The position numbers and the translations under genes are program-made. Positions 1 through 11,228 of a stretch of 64,000 bases of DNA are shown piece by piece. Every line of letters starts with the position of its first letter. Position 1 is the first letter of the stretch. This DNA comes from an uncultured candidate division Zixibacteria bacterium (GTDB taxonomy: Bacteria > Zixibacteria > MSB-5A5 > GN15 > PGXB01): assembly GCA_963702205.1 (NCBI GenBank), contig OY969724.1, forward strand, positions 3,904,001-3,968,000, read 5' to 3'. Below the pieces are notes generated by a model, which made no database searches, was not told the origin of the DNA, and was given only the letters and a program-made list of their open reading frames with translations.

Positions 1-1652
1 GCGCGGAATTCAAGCCGCTGGTGCGCCCGGCGGTACTTACGGCCTTTCTGGGCTACATCGCCGTTGTCGGCGGATTGATGTTCGATCTGGGATTGCCCTG
101 GAATATCTGGCACATGATGATCTACTGGAATCCTCATTCACCGCTGTTCGAGGTCGGCTGGTGCGTCATGCTTTACACGACCGTCCTGCTTCTGGAATTC
201 AGTCCCGTCCCGCTGGAAGAGTTCAGCCGTTACGCCAAAATCAGGAACTTCCTGATGAAATTCCGTTTCCCATTCGTCATGCTCGGAATCATGCTCTCGA
301 CCCTGCATCAGTCGTCGCTGGGCTCGCTCTTCCTGATTATGCCTTACAAACTGCCGCCGCTGTGGTACACCCCGATTCTTCCGGTGGAGTTTTTCATCTC
401 GGCCGTAGCGCTCGGTCTCATGATGGTATCGTTCGAGAGTCTTTTCTCGCACTGGTTGTACCGCCGCAAATCCGAAGGGCACCTTTTGGAAAAACTCGGT
501 AAAATATCCGTCTGGATCCTGGGAATTTATCTGGTCGTGAAACTGGGTGACGTCATCATCCGTGGCCAGTTCGGCGATATTTTCGCCGGGACGCGGGAAT
601 CCAACCTGTACATCATAGAGCTTTTAATATCGGCCATAATACCTCTGGCAATTTTATTAACACCGAAACTCCGATCGCGGAATAAATGGCAGTGGGTCAG
701 TTCATTCATGGTCGTGTTCGGCATGGTGTTCAACCGCATCAACGTCGGCGGCCTGACCATGCTATCCACGACCGGCGACAGCTATATTCCCTCGTGGACG
801 GAAGTTTTCATCAGCCTCGGAGTCGTCTCGGCGGCGGCGCTGGCGTTTCTGTTCGCCATCGAAAAATTTTCGATCTGGGAAGCCCGCCCCCACGACCCGC
901 AATCCGATCCGTTTACCCAGCCTCTTTTCGACGGTGTTTCTCACGTCTGGCTGGGGAATCCGTCGGTGGCCGCCCGCACCCGCTATTCGCTCGCGTTCGT
1001 CGTCTTTTTCGCGGCTGGTTTCGCTCTCATGCCAAGTCACAAAATTCATAGCCAGGGTGTCGAGCAGGAAGCCGCTCAACCGGCCCGGGGCGGAAAGGTG
1101 CTGTTTATCGACGGCAACCGCGACAACTACGGCGTAGCCTTCGACCACCAGGATCATATCGACCGCAATCACGGCGACAGTTCGTGCGTCCTGTGCCATC
1201 ACATGAATACGCCGATGGATAAAAACAGCCGCTGTTCCGATTGTCACGATAAAATGTACGTCGCCAATGATGTATTCGGGCACGACTGGCATTCTTCCCC
1301 GGTTGGCGCGAATATCAAGTGCAACGACTGTCACCAGCCGGGCGTGCAGCGAAGCGCCGCCTCGGCCAAAGCGTGCAGCGAATGTCATAAAGATTTGGTC
1401 GTTCCCGGCTCGAAGATTCCCTTTGACAATACAATGGCGGTATCGTACGTCGATGCCATGCACACCACCTGTGTGCAATGTCACAAGCGTATGGTGCCGA
1501 CCGTGGCCGACAAACCGATGCTCGACAAATGTGTCACCTGTCATCGGCCGGTGCCGGAAGAGAATGTAATCTCAATGCCCGATAGCAAATGGCATCCCGT
1601 CAACGGTGATCGGGTGGTACTGCCCGGAATTTTGGTGGAGGATGCGAAATAA
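1..1652 (+). CDS. NrfD/HybB/HmcC-type membrane subunit fused to a C-terminal multiheme (6 CxxCH) cytochrome c; 5' end lies outside the window
   Basis: RPAVLTAFLGY, DLGLPWNIWH, SPLFEVGWC and LSTLHQSSLGSL motifs; heme motifs CVLCH, CSDCH, CNDCH, CSECH, CVQCH, CVTCH; frame is open from base 3. Confidence 0.88.
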   Translation, partial: AEFKPLVRPAVLTAFLGYIAVVGGLMFDLGLPWNIWHMMIYWNPHSPLFEVGWCVMLYTTVLLLEFSPVPLEEFSRYAKIRNFLMKFRFPFVMLGIMLSTLHQSSLGSLFLIMPYKLPPLWYTPILPVEFFISAVALGLMMVSFESLFSHWLYRRKSEGHLLEKLGKISVWILGIYLVVKLGDVIIRGQFGDIFAGTRESNLYIIELLISAIIPLAILLTPKLRSRNKWQWVSSFMVVFGMVFNRINVGGLTMLSTTGDSYIPSWTEVFISLGVVSAAALAFLFAIEKFSIWEARPHDPQSDPFTQPLFDGVSHVWLGNPSVAARTRYSLAFVVFFAAGFALMPSHKIHSQGVEQEAAQPARGGKVLFIDGNRDNYGVAFDHQDHIDRNHGDSSCVLCHHMNTPMDKNSRCSDCHDKMYVANDVFGHDWHSSPVGANIKCNDCHQPGVQRSAASAKACSECHKDLVVPGSKIPFDNTMAVSYVDAMHTTCVQCHKRMVPTVADKPMLDKCVTCHRPVPEENVISMPDSKWHPVNGDRVVLPGILVEDAK

Positions 1653-1656
1653 ACTT

Positions 1657-2076
1657 ATGAGTAATGCCGCCAAAATTTTGATTATCGAAGACGAGCCCGA
1701 TGTGAGCCTGTATTTACAGACCATCCTCGAATCCGAGGGCTACAAAACGGAAATCTGCGATACGGCCACCGACGGGATGGATATGGTCGGTGAGTTCAAA
1801 CCCGACCTGGTCAGCCTGGATATTATGATGCCCCACGAAACCGGGATGTCTTTCTACGTAAAATTGAAAAAATCCCGGAAGCATTCACGCATCCCGGTCA
1901 TTGTCATCAGCGGCGCCGTCCAGCAAAAAGAGTTCCGTTTCGAGGACTTTGTCCCGGACGAAAAAGTGCCGCCGCCCGAGTCATACATGGAAAAGCCGAT
2001 CGACGTCGACCTGTTCCTGCAAACGGTAAAGAAACTGCTTAAGGCCAGATCCGGCGCGAAGGTCAAGGGTGCATAA
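1657..2076 (+). CDS. Single-domain response regulator
   Basis: KILIIEDE, LVSLDIMMP, EKP receiver motifs; ATG at 1657 just after upstream stop. Confidence 0.9.
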   Translation: MSNAAKILIIEDEPDVSLYLQTILESEGYKTEICDTATDGMDMVGEFKPDLVSLDIMMPHETGMSFYVKLKKSRKHSRIPVIVISGAVQQKEFRFEDFVPDEKVPPPESYMEKPIDVDLFLQTVKKLLKARSGAKVKGA

Positions 2077-3561
2077 TGGTGAAGAAGGTTTCCGATATAA
2101 GCACTCTAAATTCCGACTGGATACATTCGGAGTTTTTTCAAATGGTTCCGTACATGGTGGCGGTCATCGACCGGGATTATAATATCGTCGAAGCCAACGC
2201 CAATTTCGAGGATTTCTTCGGCAAGTGGAAAAACAAGAAATGCTATGCCGTCTACAAAAAGCAGGATAAACCGTGCGAAAATTGTCCGAGTTTCAAGATT
2301 TTCAAGGACGGTCAGCCCCGGGTGATCGACTCGGCCGTGGTCGACAAAGAAGGCCGCCAGGCACACAACGTGGTGCACAGCGTCCCGCTTCACAACCCCG
2401 ATGATAAAAGCGTCGAGTACATTATCGAAATGTCGTCGGCCGTCACCGAGACCAACCGCCTGCAGCAGGAAGTGAGCGTCCTGTTCGATCGTGTCCCCTG
2501 CTATATTACCGTTATCGATTCCGGATACCGCATAGTCCGGGCCAACGAGAAATTCCGCGAAAGTTTCGGAGACGTCCTCGGGCAGTACCTGTTACAAAGT
2601 ATACAAGCGACGGAACAAGAAATGTCCCAACTGCCCGGCGGCCAAAACCTTCAAAGACGGCAAGAACCACGAATCGGAGCAGTCCGGTATCGGCAAAAAA
2701 GGTCAGAATATAAATTATATCGTCTCGACCTCACCGTTGAAACGCGGCGGCGGCGATATCGCGCACGTCATCGAAATTTCCACCGACGTCACGAAACTTA
2801 AGGTGCTGGAAAAAGACATCATCGACGCCGAACGTCTCGCCGCGGTCGGTCAGACCGTGGCCGGACTGGCGCACAGTATCAAGAATATCCTGATGGGTCT
2901 CGAGGGCGGTAAGTACATGATCGGGCTCGGGCTCAAGAAAGACGACCGAAACCTGATCGACCGGGGCAGCGAAATGCTCGATCGGAATTTCAACAAGACG
3001 ACGTCGCTCGTACGCGACTTCCTGAGTTTTTCCAAGGGACGTCTGCCGGAGCTGAAAATGACCGATCCCAACCAGCTGGTGAAGGAAATAAGCGACCTGT
3101 ACAAAGACATCGCCGGCCAGTCGGGAATCGAACTGAAACCGGTGCTGTCGCCGAAAATCAAGAAAGCCCCGCTCGACGCCGACGCCATCCACACCTGCCT
3201 GACCAATCTCGTCTCGAACGCTATCGACGCCTGTCAGATGGGCAAGCAAAAAGGGACCGAAGTGGTCGTTTCGGTCCGCGATGAAAAAAGCACCCTGATA
3301 TTCGAAGTCACCGATAACGGTGCCGGCATGGACTATGACATCAAAAAGAAAATCTTCACGACCTTTTTCACGACCAAAGGCGGCCAGGGCACCGGCCTGG
3401 GTCTTCTGACCAGCCGCAAGCTGGTGCAGGAGCACGGCGGCAGAATTGTCGTCAAGTCGCAAAAAAATAAAGGGTCGCTGTTCAGATTGGAGTTTCCAAG
3501 ACAGCGTTTGAATTATATATATAAAGAAAGCCGCAAGAACGGCGATGAAGAAATCAATTAA
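2076..3561 (+). CDS. PAS-PAS sensor histidine kinase split by a +1 frameshift at about 2588
   Basis: Removing one C in TACCTGT restores GQYCYKVYKRRNKKCPNCP, matching the first PAS; H-box AGLAHSIKN; HATPase NLVSNAIDA, DNGAG, GTGLGL. Confidence 0.88.
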
Positions 3562-3584
3562 TAGCTTTAAATAGTGAGCGATAC

Positions 3585-4103
3585 ATGAGCAAACCAGCCG
3601 ATAAGAAAATTCTGGTCGTCGACGACGAAGACGACGTACGGCAATATCTGGAATTGGCCCTGAAAGAAGCCGGATTTAACGTCATCACCGCGACCGACGG
3701 CTTTGAGGCGATGGAACAAGTCGAAAAGGAAATTCCGGATTTGATCTCTCTGGACCTGGTCATGCCCAAGAAATCCGGAGCGAAATTTTACCGGGATCTC
3801 AGCAAAAGCAAAAAATACAATAAAATACCGGTCCTTATCGTCACCGGTCACGCCCGCGATGAACTCGGCCGGGCCGATTTGAAGGAACTGACTCTATCGG
3901 GGCCGGGCATTTATCTCGAAAAACCGATCAGCCCGCCCAAATATGTCGCCGCCGTGAAAAGCCTCCTGGGACTCGATGCCACCGACGAAGAAAAAGTCCT
4001 CGCCGAACAGGTCAACCTGCAGAGCGAGTTGAAAAATATTATCGATTCCGCCGATCCGGAAACATTGCGGCAGTTGAAGAATATTATTAACGGCAAAAAA
4101 TAA
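3585..4103 (+). CDS. Response regulator with short C-terminal extension
   Basis: ILVVDDE, ISLDLVMP, LEKP. Confidence 0.9.
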   Translation: MSKPADKKILVVDDEDDVRQYLELALKEAGFNVITATDGFEAMEQVEKEIPDLISLDLVMPKKSGAKFYRDLSKSKKYNKIPVLIVTGHARDELGRADLKELTLSGPGIYLEKPISPPKYVAAVKSLLGLDATDEEKVLAEQVNLQSELKNIIDSADPETLRQLKNIINGKK

Positions 4104-4145
4104 CGCCACTAAAGTGCAATTGCACCGTACGACAGAGGATGAATA

Positions 4146-4529
4146 ATGTCTGATAAAAAGAAAATTTTGATAGTCGAAGACGAACCCGATCTGGTCGAAA
4201 TGCTGAGCGTCTTTTTCGGCGAAAACGGATTCGATACGATTACGGCCTACGACGGTCATGAGGGGTTTGTTAAAGCCGAAAACGAAAATCCGGACTTGAT
4301 AACGCTCGATATTTCCATGCCCGGCGAGTCCGGCGTAAAAATGTACCGTAACCTGATAAACTCCGACAAGGCTAAAAATATACCTGTGATAATCATCACG
4401 GCGGCGCCGGCGGAGTTGAAAGGATTTATCAAGCGGATGAAATCGTTTCCCGATCCGGCCGGATATTTTGAAAAACCGGTTGACCGCGACGAACTGCTGG
4501 CCAAGATCAGGGAACTGGTAAAAGCCTGA
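4146..4529 (+). CDS. Single-domain response regulator
   Basis: ILIVEDE, ITLDISMP, FEKP; GAGG RBS. Confidence 0.9.
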   Translation: MSDKKKILIVEDEPDLVEMLSVFFGENGFDTITAYDGHEGFVKAENENPDLITLDISMPGESGVKMYRNLINSDKAKNIPVIIITAAPAELKGFIKRMKSFPDPAGYFEKPVDRDELLAKIRELVKA

Positions 4530-4659
4530 TAATGCATTTTAGTTCTTTAATCGCCGCGCACCGGATATGTTGATATATAGTCTATGCCTGGCAGACCTGT
4601 ATCTTATGGATGTATTTGTTCATCGTACAATTCCGCGCTTCTCCGGCAAAACGACGACC

Positions 4660-6528
4660 CTATAAACCATAGAGCTTTATGTAGCCTGAAGAAATTTCTT
4701 TTGATTTTTCGTGAAAAGCCTTGAACTCAGCGAATCCGTCAACTGGTAGAATATACGCCTTGTTTATTTTGGACAGTATCAAAGTAATCTCGTCTTCTTT
4801 AATATCGTATTTCGCCGCCATAACGCCCAGTGAGAATACTGCGCTGTCGGACGGCGGCAGAACTATTGAATCAACCTGGTATTCGGGAGCCCACGTAATA
4901 TTGACAGAGTCGATTAATGCGGATGGATATCCCAGATTAATCGGAATTGTCCTCTCATCCAGGTTTATTTTATGCATGTCCTCGAAGTCTTCCAGGTCCT
5001 CGAGCATATCGGCTTGAATATATGTTACGTCTTTTATTTTCCTCAAGGGTCTTTTGGCTTTGGCCGCAAACGACACGCTGAATGGTTTGTGGATATCGTT
5101 CAGATTATTAATATCATAATGCGAAATTTCGTAATTTTTATCGCCTCCGGGGAATATACTGTAAAGTAGTGCGTTAGTTTCGTCTTTATCGTAGTGCAGC
5201 AGGTTACTTCGGATTCTGAAGGCATAGGAGCCGGAATATGAAACCGTCACGTCGAATTCCGGAATGCTCTCTTTGTTAACATGTATATTGATATTTCGAA
5301 TGATCCCGTTTTCACTCGGGGCGCTCCTTGGCGTATATATCAGTCGGCTGTCATTGTCCCGGACCACCAGTACCGGGATATCTTCATCGGTATACGGCAG
5401 CTCTCCGAACGCGCACTGATCGCAGGTCGGGTCCATCCAGATCGTATCGCCTTCCGTGACCGCCATTACAAAGACATGATTGAAACCGAAATTTGGAAAG
5501 GTCGTGTCGATTTTGCCGACCGTCCGAGTCAGAGCCAGAACCGGGTATGCCTCAATGCTTTCGGGCATGTGGGATAAAAGCAGGGTCGAAAGGGCTTTGC
5601 AGTCGCCGTATTTTTTCTCGCGAGTCTGATCTGCCGGTTCCGGTTTCCAGCCTCCGACGCCAATCGAAACGGATACATACCTGTACTCATCAATAATACC
5701 GCTATATATGTTTCCGACATAGTCGATAGCCCGCTCAGCCGCAGCGTCGTTAAACGCGGGTTCAATATCCGGTCCATAGCAGTCCCGTGCCAGTTCGAAG
5801 TACCATTGGCCGATATTCTTCCAGCTGTCACCGGAAAATTCGTATTTGCCCAGGCTGAATTTTTCTGCCAGAAATGAGATCCTGTCGGTTTCAGGGTATC
5901 CATCCGGCTTGTAATAAAATTCTCCTATCGCGGGAATGTCCACCGCCGCCCATGAATGCACTCCTTCACTGACCGTTTCCGTAATTCTCGTGCCATATAT
6001 CTTCGAAACGAATTGGAAATCGTCGGGTGCCTTCAGATTATAGTCAGCCCGGCTTACGGGAATATCCTCCTGAAAGCCGACTCCCCTCCAGAAAAAGAGA
6101 GTGTTGGTTTCGGTTTGATACTCGTATTCGATAGAATAAGGGTAACGGTCAGGGTTGATTTCCTTCGAATAATAATAGTAGCAAATATCCGAATAAACTT
6201 CATAAACGTCGCCGAAGCCGCAAGTTTTTTCGAGATCGGATTTTTCAATTTCGCAAATAACCTCGTCGTTCCTGTCAGCAATTCTTCCTTTTAGATATTT
6301 CAGCTTCATAAATTTGTTTATCGGAATTAGAATCCGGCCGTTGTCTTTTCCGGTCTGTTTGAGTATCGTGATTTTTATTCCGACCGTTGTAATTTCTTTA
6401 TTATTCTTAATTTCGCAATCATATTGTTTATAGTCATAATAAGCGTCGTTCGGGGTACCATCGTCGGCCCAGGACGATACTCCCATTAAGACAATCAGTA
6501 GTGCTTTTAAAAGTCGATTCATAGTCAT
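4660..6528 (-). CDS. DUF3857 + transglutaminase-like protein with intact Cys-His-Asp triad
   Basis: Signal peptide; YGDCKALS, FNHV, WMDPT. Confidence 0.8.
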   Translation of the reverse strand: MTMNRLLKALLIVLMGVSSWADDGTPNDAYYDYKQYDCEIKNNKEITTVGIKITILKQTGKDNGRILIPINKFMKLKYLKGRIADRNDEVICEIEKSDLEKTCGFGDVYEVYSDICYYYYSKEINPDRYPYSIEYEYQTETNTLFFWRGVGFQEDIPVSRADYNLKAPDDFQFVSKIYGTRITETVSEGVHSWAAVDIPAIGEFYYKPDGYPETDRISFLAEKFSLGKYEFSGDSWKNIGQWYFELARDCYGPDIEPAFNDAAAERAIDYVGNIYSGIIDEYRYVSVSIGVGGWKPEPADQTREKKYGDCKALSTLLLSHMPESIEAYPVLALTRTVGKIDTTFPNFGFNHVFVMAVTEGDTIWMDPTCDQCAFGELPYTDEDIPVLVVRDNDSRLIYTPRSAPSENGIIRNINIHVNKESIPEFDVTVSYSGSYAFRIRSNLLHYDKDETNALLYSIFPGGDKNYEISHYDINNLNDIHKPFSVSFAAKAKRPLRKIKDVTYIQADMLEDLEDFEDMHKINLDERTIPINLGYPSALIDSVNITWAPEYQVDSIVLPPSDSAVFSLGVMAAKYDIKEDEITLILSKINKAYILPVDGFAEFKAFHEKSKEISSGYIKLYGL

Positions 6529-6539
6529 CCGTGCCTGCC

Positions 6540-8483
6540 TCAATAGATTAAAGCCACGTTTGCCCTTGACGATGAAGCGACCTTATTAAAAAAGTCCCTG
6601 GTCGGTTCATACAAAGCCTGGGGAAAGATCGGTTTGTCAATGGACAAATTGCTGAGGACTACTATTTTCGTCCCGTCATACATACAGTTGCACGAAAAGC
6701 CACCGCCCGGTATGCTCAATTGTTCGGCTTCCGGAAGAGTATATTCGCTGAAGGCGCTATCTGCCGATATTTCGATCATACTCGAATATCTCCTGGGATA
6801 ATTGAAGTCGATGGGGAAAAACCTCTTCGTCTTCTTAAAGGGATTTTCCCTGAAAAAGAACCGAACCGGTGTCAGGAGGGTATTGTTATCGACCTGTACC
6901 GCGTAATCATCGAGCGTGTAAGCGAAAGACAGCACCGCCGACCCTGTACTGTCAAACTCGAAATTATTCGATAACAGCTCATACGATGTTTCAAGGTCGT
7001 CCAGAAAATAATCTTTGACGAATTTTTCCGGATCCGATTCATCGTACTCGCTGGCGTACAGTGCCGCGAGATACCCCTCAAGGTTGACCGACGTCGAACA
7101 ACTGACGGTCCCGTCGCTGTTGTAATGCATCAACGTGCGCTCTTTATCGATGCTCGCAGGACTATTGCAATTTATCTTTATGACCTGGCTGTTGTCATCT
7201 TCGATCTGACACCCCCCGAATACCCTTGACTCAGGCGGCATGGTTCCGAATGGATAGTATTTATAGGAGGCGTCCATAAATACGGGTTCAGAAGCTATGT
7301 CGGCTTTTACGATCATGTGATCGAACTGATCGAGGTGATATATCTGCGGATTGAATATATGAGTATCGCGGGAGCCGATCAGGACGGGCCATACGGTAAT
7401 ATTGGCCTTTTTAAGCAATTCGACCAGCAGCATGTTCTTTTCCTCTCCCGTCCCGACCCGGGTATCCAGAAGCTCGGCCAGATTTTCGTTGGTAAAATAC
7501 GAGTAACTTGCCTTTTCCTGAATTTTATTTTTTACGTAATCGTACAGATACCGGGCCTTATCCATATCGCTGTTTAAACCGGCCGTAAGACTGTCCGCCA
7601 GAGCGGTCAGGACCTCGTCTTTATCGATGCCTTTGTGTTTTCCATCCACGTAACTTCCGATGAATTCATAAACCTGCTGCCCCAGGTCTTTCCAGCCTTT
7701 TATGAATTCCATCTTTCGGCCGCCTCTGAACTGATAGCTGACGATCTGGCTGCTGATGGACGAAACATAATTGCCGATGAAACTCATGTACGGTTCATCT
7801 TTTATTGGGGGCAGATCGTCCAGTTCCCAGGTGTATGAAATAAGCGGATAACTCGGGTCGTCCATATTCGCTATTTTCTCGACTGCGGCCTGCTGCTGGG
7901 TCGGTGACATATTCGTGGCCGCGGTCGTATAGTCGAAGCCGGGCCATAGTACAACATTGAACCTCGATTGCAGCGTATAATACTCGTCATTGAAATTCCA
8001 GGGATCGAGGCTGTAGAACCTGTCGTTGGAATTAGTATATTGATATTCGACAATACACCCGCTGTCGAGCGACGGGAACGCAAAACTCTTGAATTTTATG
8101 CTCCCGGAAGTCTTGGTGAAGAATTTCTTCTTGCTGACTTCATGTTTCTTGCCGCTTGGTTCGATTGTCTGGGCCTTTAAATCCCTGATATTATCATCTT
8201 CATGATAAGAAAAGGTGATGTCGCCGATCTCATCGATCCCGGCCTTGTGGAGTATTTTGGCCCGCACGTGCCGATGAAACAAAATCGCGTCGGGCTTGAC
8301 TTCCATTTTCCCGATATCGAATAGAATTACGACGTTTGCCTCGGGATAATCCCCCGGCGCGCCCACCAGCCATTCCGAATCTTCAACGTCACCCCAATCC
8401 TGACAAAATGTATGAGGCGACAATGAAAAGGCAATGATGATGGACGAGATTATGATACGTCCGAAAATTTTTGATGCCTTCAT
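6540..8483 (-). CDS. DUF3857 + transglutaminase-like protein lacking the catalytic Cys
   Basis: Signal peptide; FAFPSLDSGCIVEYQY; GTGEEKN at the Cys position, FDHMI, FMDAS. Confidence 0.78.
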   Translation of the reverse strand: MKASKIFGRIIISSIIIAFSLSPHTFCQDWGDVEDSEWLVGAPGDYPEANVVILFDIGKMEVKPDAILFHRHVRAKILHKAGIDEIGDITFSYHEDDNIRDLKAQTIEPSGKKHEVSKKKFFTKTSGSIKFKSFAFPSLDSGCIVEYQYTNSNDRFYSLDPWNFNDEYYTLQSRFNVVLWPGFDYTTAATNMSPTQQQAAVEKIANMDDPSYPLISYTWELDDLPPIKDEPYMSFIGNYVSSISSQIVSYQFRGGRKMEFIKGWKDLGQQVYEFIGSYVDGKHKGIDKDEVLTALADSLTAGLNSDMDKARYLYDYVKNKIQEKASYSYFTNENLAELLDTRVGTGEEKNMLLVELLKKANITVWPVLIGSRDTHIFNPQIYHLDQFDHMIVKADIASEPVFMDASYKYYPFGTMPPESRVFGGCQIEDDNSQVIKINCNSPASIDKERTLMHYNSDGTVSCSTSVNLEGYLAALYASEYDESDPEKFVKDYFLDDLETSYELLSNNFEFDSTGSAVLSFAYTLDDYAVQVDNNTLLTPVRFFFRENPFKKTKRFFPIDFNYPRRYSSMIEISADSAFSEYTLPEAEQLSIPGGGFSCNCMYDGTKIVVLSNLSIDKPIFPQALYEPTRDFFNKVASSSRANVALIY

Positions 8484-8852
8484 AGATCCCCCACGAAACA
8501 AATACTAAAATTATTATGATAATATATTTCCAATGTGCCAAATTGCTTTTTGAATGTCAACACAAATATGCCATGTTTTTGGCGCCAGATAAAAATCGCA
8601 AGCGATTGAATTCCCGGATTGGCTGTTTTTAATATGCTTTCATCGATCTTTAAAAAATTGCATAAAGCCGTTTATGATTGGGATTCGATTGGAATTGACA
8701 TAATAATATAATAGACTATATTATATTGTTTCGAATATGATGTGTTATATTAGTTCTGGGAGCGAATCATCGATGCAATAGGATAGAATTTTTCATTTCT
8801 CTTCAGGTTATTATTACCATGTCAATAATGGTTTATAGAGGAGATTACGGCT

Positions 8853-11129
8853 ATGAAAAAGGCAAATATTCTAATTGGCTCATTAATTTGTGCTGTTCTA
8901 TCATCATCCGGCTTCACCGCTATGGCTATTGCCCAGACCAGAGGTGCCTGGGTGGAATACAAATTACCCGGCGATAGGCCCGCCAACTGGGCGCGCATGG
9001 TCGGTGAAAACTGTCTCATATTTGTGGATCGTGAAGAACCTGAAATTTACGCTTTCGATATTAATTCCGCCGAATGGCATACTTACACCGCATCGACAGA
9101 CCTTGAATGGAATTCTCAAATCAAGGTCGGGCGCAATGTTGCTTATGTTTATAACGATGAAATGGTGGTTGTATATAACGGCTTAAATCAGGAATTCGTC
9201 CCGGTATTATATACTGGTACGATGCTGCCGGGGACAACGTACGGTCATGATTGCAGGGCCGACATGGCTTATTTTGTTACTGATCAATATTTTTATGTTT
9301 TTGACGGCGAGGATAATGTTTGGCGGAGCTATAACATATCCGGATTCGGATCGATTCTTCAGTGGGGCGTTTACGGTATAGAAGACTACATATATCTGTA
9401 TCTTAATTCCGACGTCGACAGCAAAAAAATAGTCGCGTACAGTTATATAACAAAGACCTTTGCTGAATACGACGGTGGAGGCTATGTCCAGCATCAGGAA
9501 CTGCAGCACGGATTTATATTTTACAAAAATCAAACACCGTCCGATTCGATGACTCATTTTTTTGCCGGTTATTCGGCGTATTCGGGGAATTATGTGACAC
9601 AACTGGCCCCCAATCATACTCCAGGTTGGAATTCAATGGCAGCCAGAGGCAAACCGGGGACTACATATTTTTTCACCGATAATGAACGGGTCGTTGACAA
9701 TGATTGGCGTCACGATATGTGGGGATTTGACACCCGGTTCGGTAATCTCGTTTACAGCAATTTCAGCTACGATTATGTATGCAATCATGGAATTCATACT
9801 TATGGAGTCGAAGCGGGCTCAAGTGTTGCCTTGGACAGCTATCGGGATTGCGATAACGGAGAGATAACGTATGTAGTTTACAAGGGAAATTCCAACAGCT
9901 TTCAAACCGTACTCGAAGAAGGACTCTACTATCCCACCTGCGGAACCGATGCTGTTGCGCAATGCGGCGGTGAAGTCATCGGGGCTTCCGATTGCGATTA
10001 TATGTGGTTTTTCGATACCGAAAGTTGGCTCGGCAGTAAAGTGGCTCTGCCCGAGCCGGACGACGGCTATTCAAACCCGGCCGGCCAGCGAATGTACGGT
10101 ACCTGGGGAATCGGCGAATGCAAACGGACTCTGTCCGATGACGTTTATCTTTACAGCTATAATAGTAACGGTAATAACATACAGACACAGCACGTCTTAT
10201 GTCAAACCTTATCGGGAAGGCTCGATAGTACAAATGTGGGAGGTTTCTATGCACCTTATCTGGATGGTGACACCGTTCTTTTAATGTATTCACCCGGCAC
10301 CGATACCTGGTTGACCAGGGATTTTTCTACTGAAGGAACGGCCTGGGGGTTCGGCATTAATCGCGACTATATATATTATTATGACTACGGAAGTTCCGGT
10401 CCTATGAATTTATTCGACGGCGTCACCGGGCAGGTAATATCTTTGCCGTTTGGCTGGTCTTATGCCGCCACGGCTTCGAGCAGAAAGTACGCCTCGCCGA
10501 ATTTTATGCTGGCGCATAGTGCTGACGATATGTACAGCGGCTATAGTACCTACACCAGAACGTATAGTCAGTATCCCAGCGAGTATCTGAGCAGCTGGAA
10601 AGGTCAACAGGACCTGGCCGTCGCCTATAAACTCGTCTCCGGCGGAGGCGCCAACGTTTTGGCATATAATGTCTTGTATAACAATTTCGTAATGACACCG
10701 TTTGGGACGGAATACGGGACCTATTTTGATATTTGGGTCGGCGACAAGACTGCATTGATTATGACCTTGCCGGGTTATCTGTTAGCTTGGGACCCGAATG
10801 CCATCACCGTACCTGTTGAAGATGATGATGTCGGAAACGATAATCTGCCCCTTGAGTACAGCCTTTCACAGAATTACCCGAATCCGTTTAATATGTCAAC
10901 CGTGATCAGCTATTCAATTCCAAGGCGATCCGACGTTACCGTCTCGATTATTAATTTGCTTGGACAAAAAATCAAAACTATAGAGATAAAAAATCAGCCG
11001 GCCGGGAAATATGACTATACCTGGGATGGAACCGATCAAGCGGGCAAAGAAGTAGCGAGCGGAATCTATTTCTACCGGGTAAACGACGGCACTCGCTCTA
11101 AAACGAAAAAGATGGTGCTCTTGAAGTAG
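8853..11129 (+). CDS. Secreted beta-rich protein with FlgD/T9SS-type C-terminal domain
   Basis: GAGGAG RBS, signal peptide, C-terminal LSQNYPNPFN...WDG...ASGIYFYR...KKMVLLK. Confidence 0.8.
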   Translation: MKKANILIGSLICAVLSSSGFTAMAIAQTRGAWVEYKLPGDRPANWARMVGENCLIFVDREEPEIYAFDINSAEWHTYTASTDLEWNSQIKVGRNVAYVYNDEMVVVYNGLNQEFVPVLYTGTMLPGTTYGHDCRADMAYFVTDQYFYVFDGEDNVWRSYNISGFGSILQWGVYGIEDYIYLYLNSDVDSKKIVAYSYITKTFAEYDGGGYVQHQELQHGFIFYKNQTPSDSMTHFFAGYSAYSGNYVTQLAPNHTPGWNSMAARGKPGTTYFFTDNERVVDNDWRHDMWGFDTRFGNLVYSNFSYDYVCNHGIHTYGVEAGSSVALDSYRDCDNGEITYVVYKGNSNSFQTVLEEGLYYPTCGTDAVAQCGGEVIGASDCDYMWFFDTESWLGSKVALPEPDDGYSNPAGQRMYGTWGIGECKRTLSDDVYLYSYNSNGNNIQTQHVLCQTLSGRLDSTNVGGFYAPYLDGDTVLLMYSPGTDTWLTRDFSTEGTAWGFGINRDYIYYYDYGSSGPMNLFDGVTGQVISLPFGWSYAATASSRKYASPNFMLAHSADDMYSGYSTYTRTYSQYPSEYLSSWKGQQDLAVAYKLVSGGGANVLAYNVLYNNFVMTPFGTEYGTYFDIWVGDKTALIMTLPGYLLAWDPNAITVPVEDDDVGNDNLPLEYSLSQNYPNPFNMSTVISYSIPRRSDVTVSIINLLGQKIKTIEIKNQPAGKYDYTWDGTDQAGKEVASGIYFYRVNDGTRSKTKKMVLLK

Positions 11130-11187
11130 ACGACGCGAACAGGCAAATACGCATTACTATATGCGTAACATAAGCCTGCAATAAAAA

Positions 11188-11228
11188 GCTCCCCGAATTG
11201 GACGAATTTTGCAACTTCTTGCTGCATG
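11188..11228 (+). repeat. att-like site 1 (GCTCCCC core, right arm type A)
   Basis: GCTCCCCGAATTGGACGAATTTTGCAACTTCTTGCTGCATG, 58 bp after the stop of 8853..11129. Confidence 0.75.

Noticed and set aside
2585..2592. Frameshift in the kinase as programmed recoding or a true pseudogene
   Set aside because: Single extra C, no slippery run, both halves undecayed; the same error type occurs at 12900, so probably a sequencing artefact (check reads).
8502..8852. Left boundary site of the array
   Set aside because: No GCTCCCC core or 11-7-11 palindrome found; TTCCCGGATTGG near 8611 is too weak.
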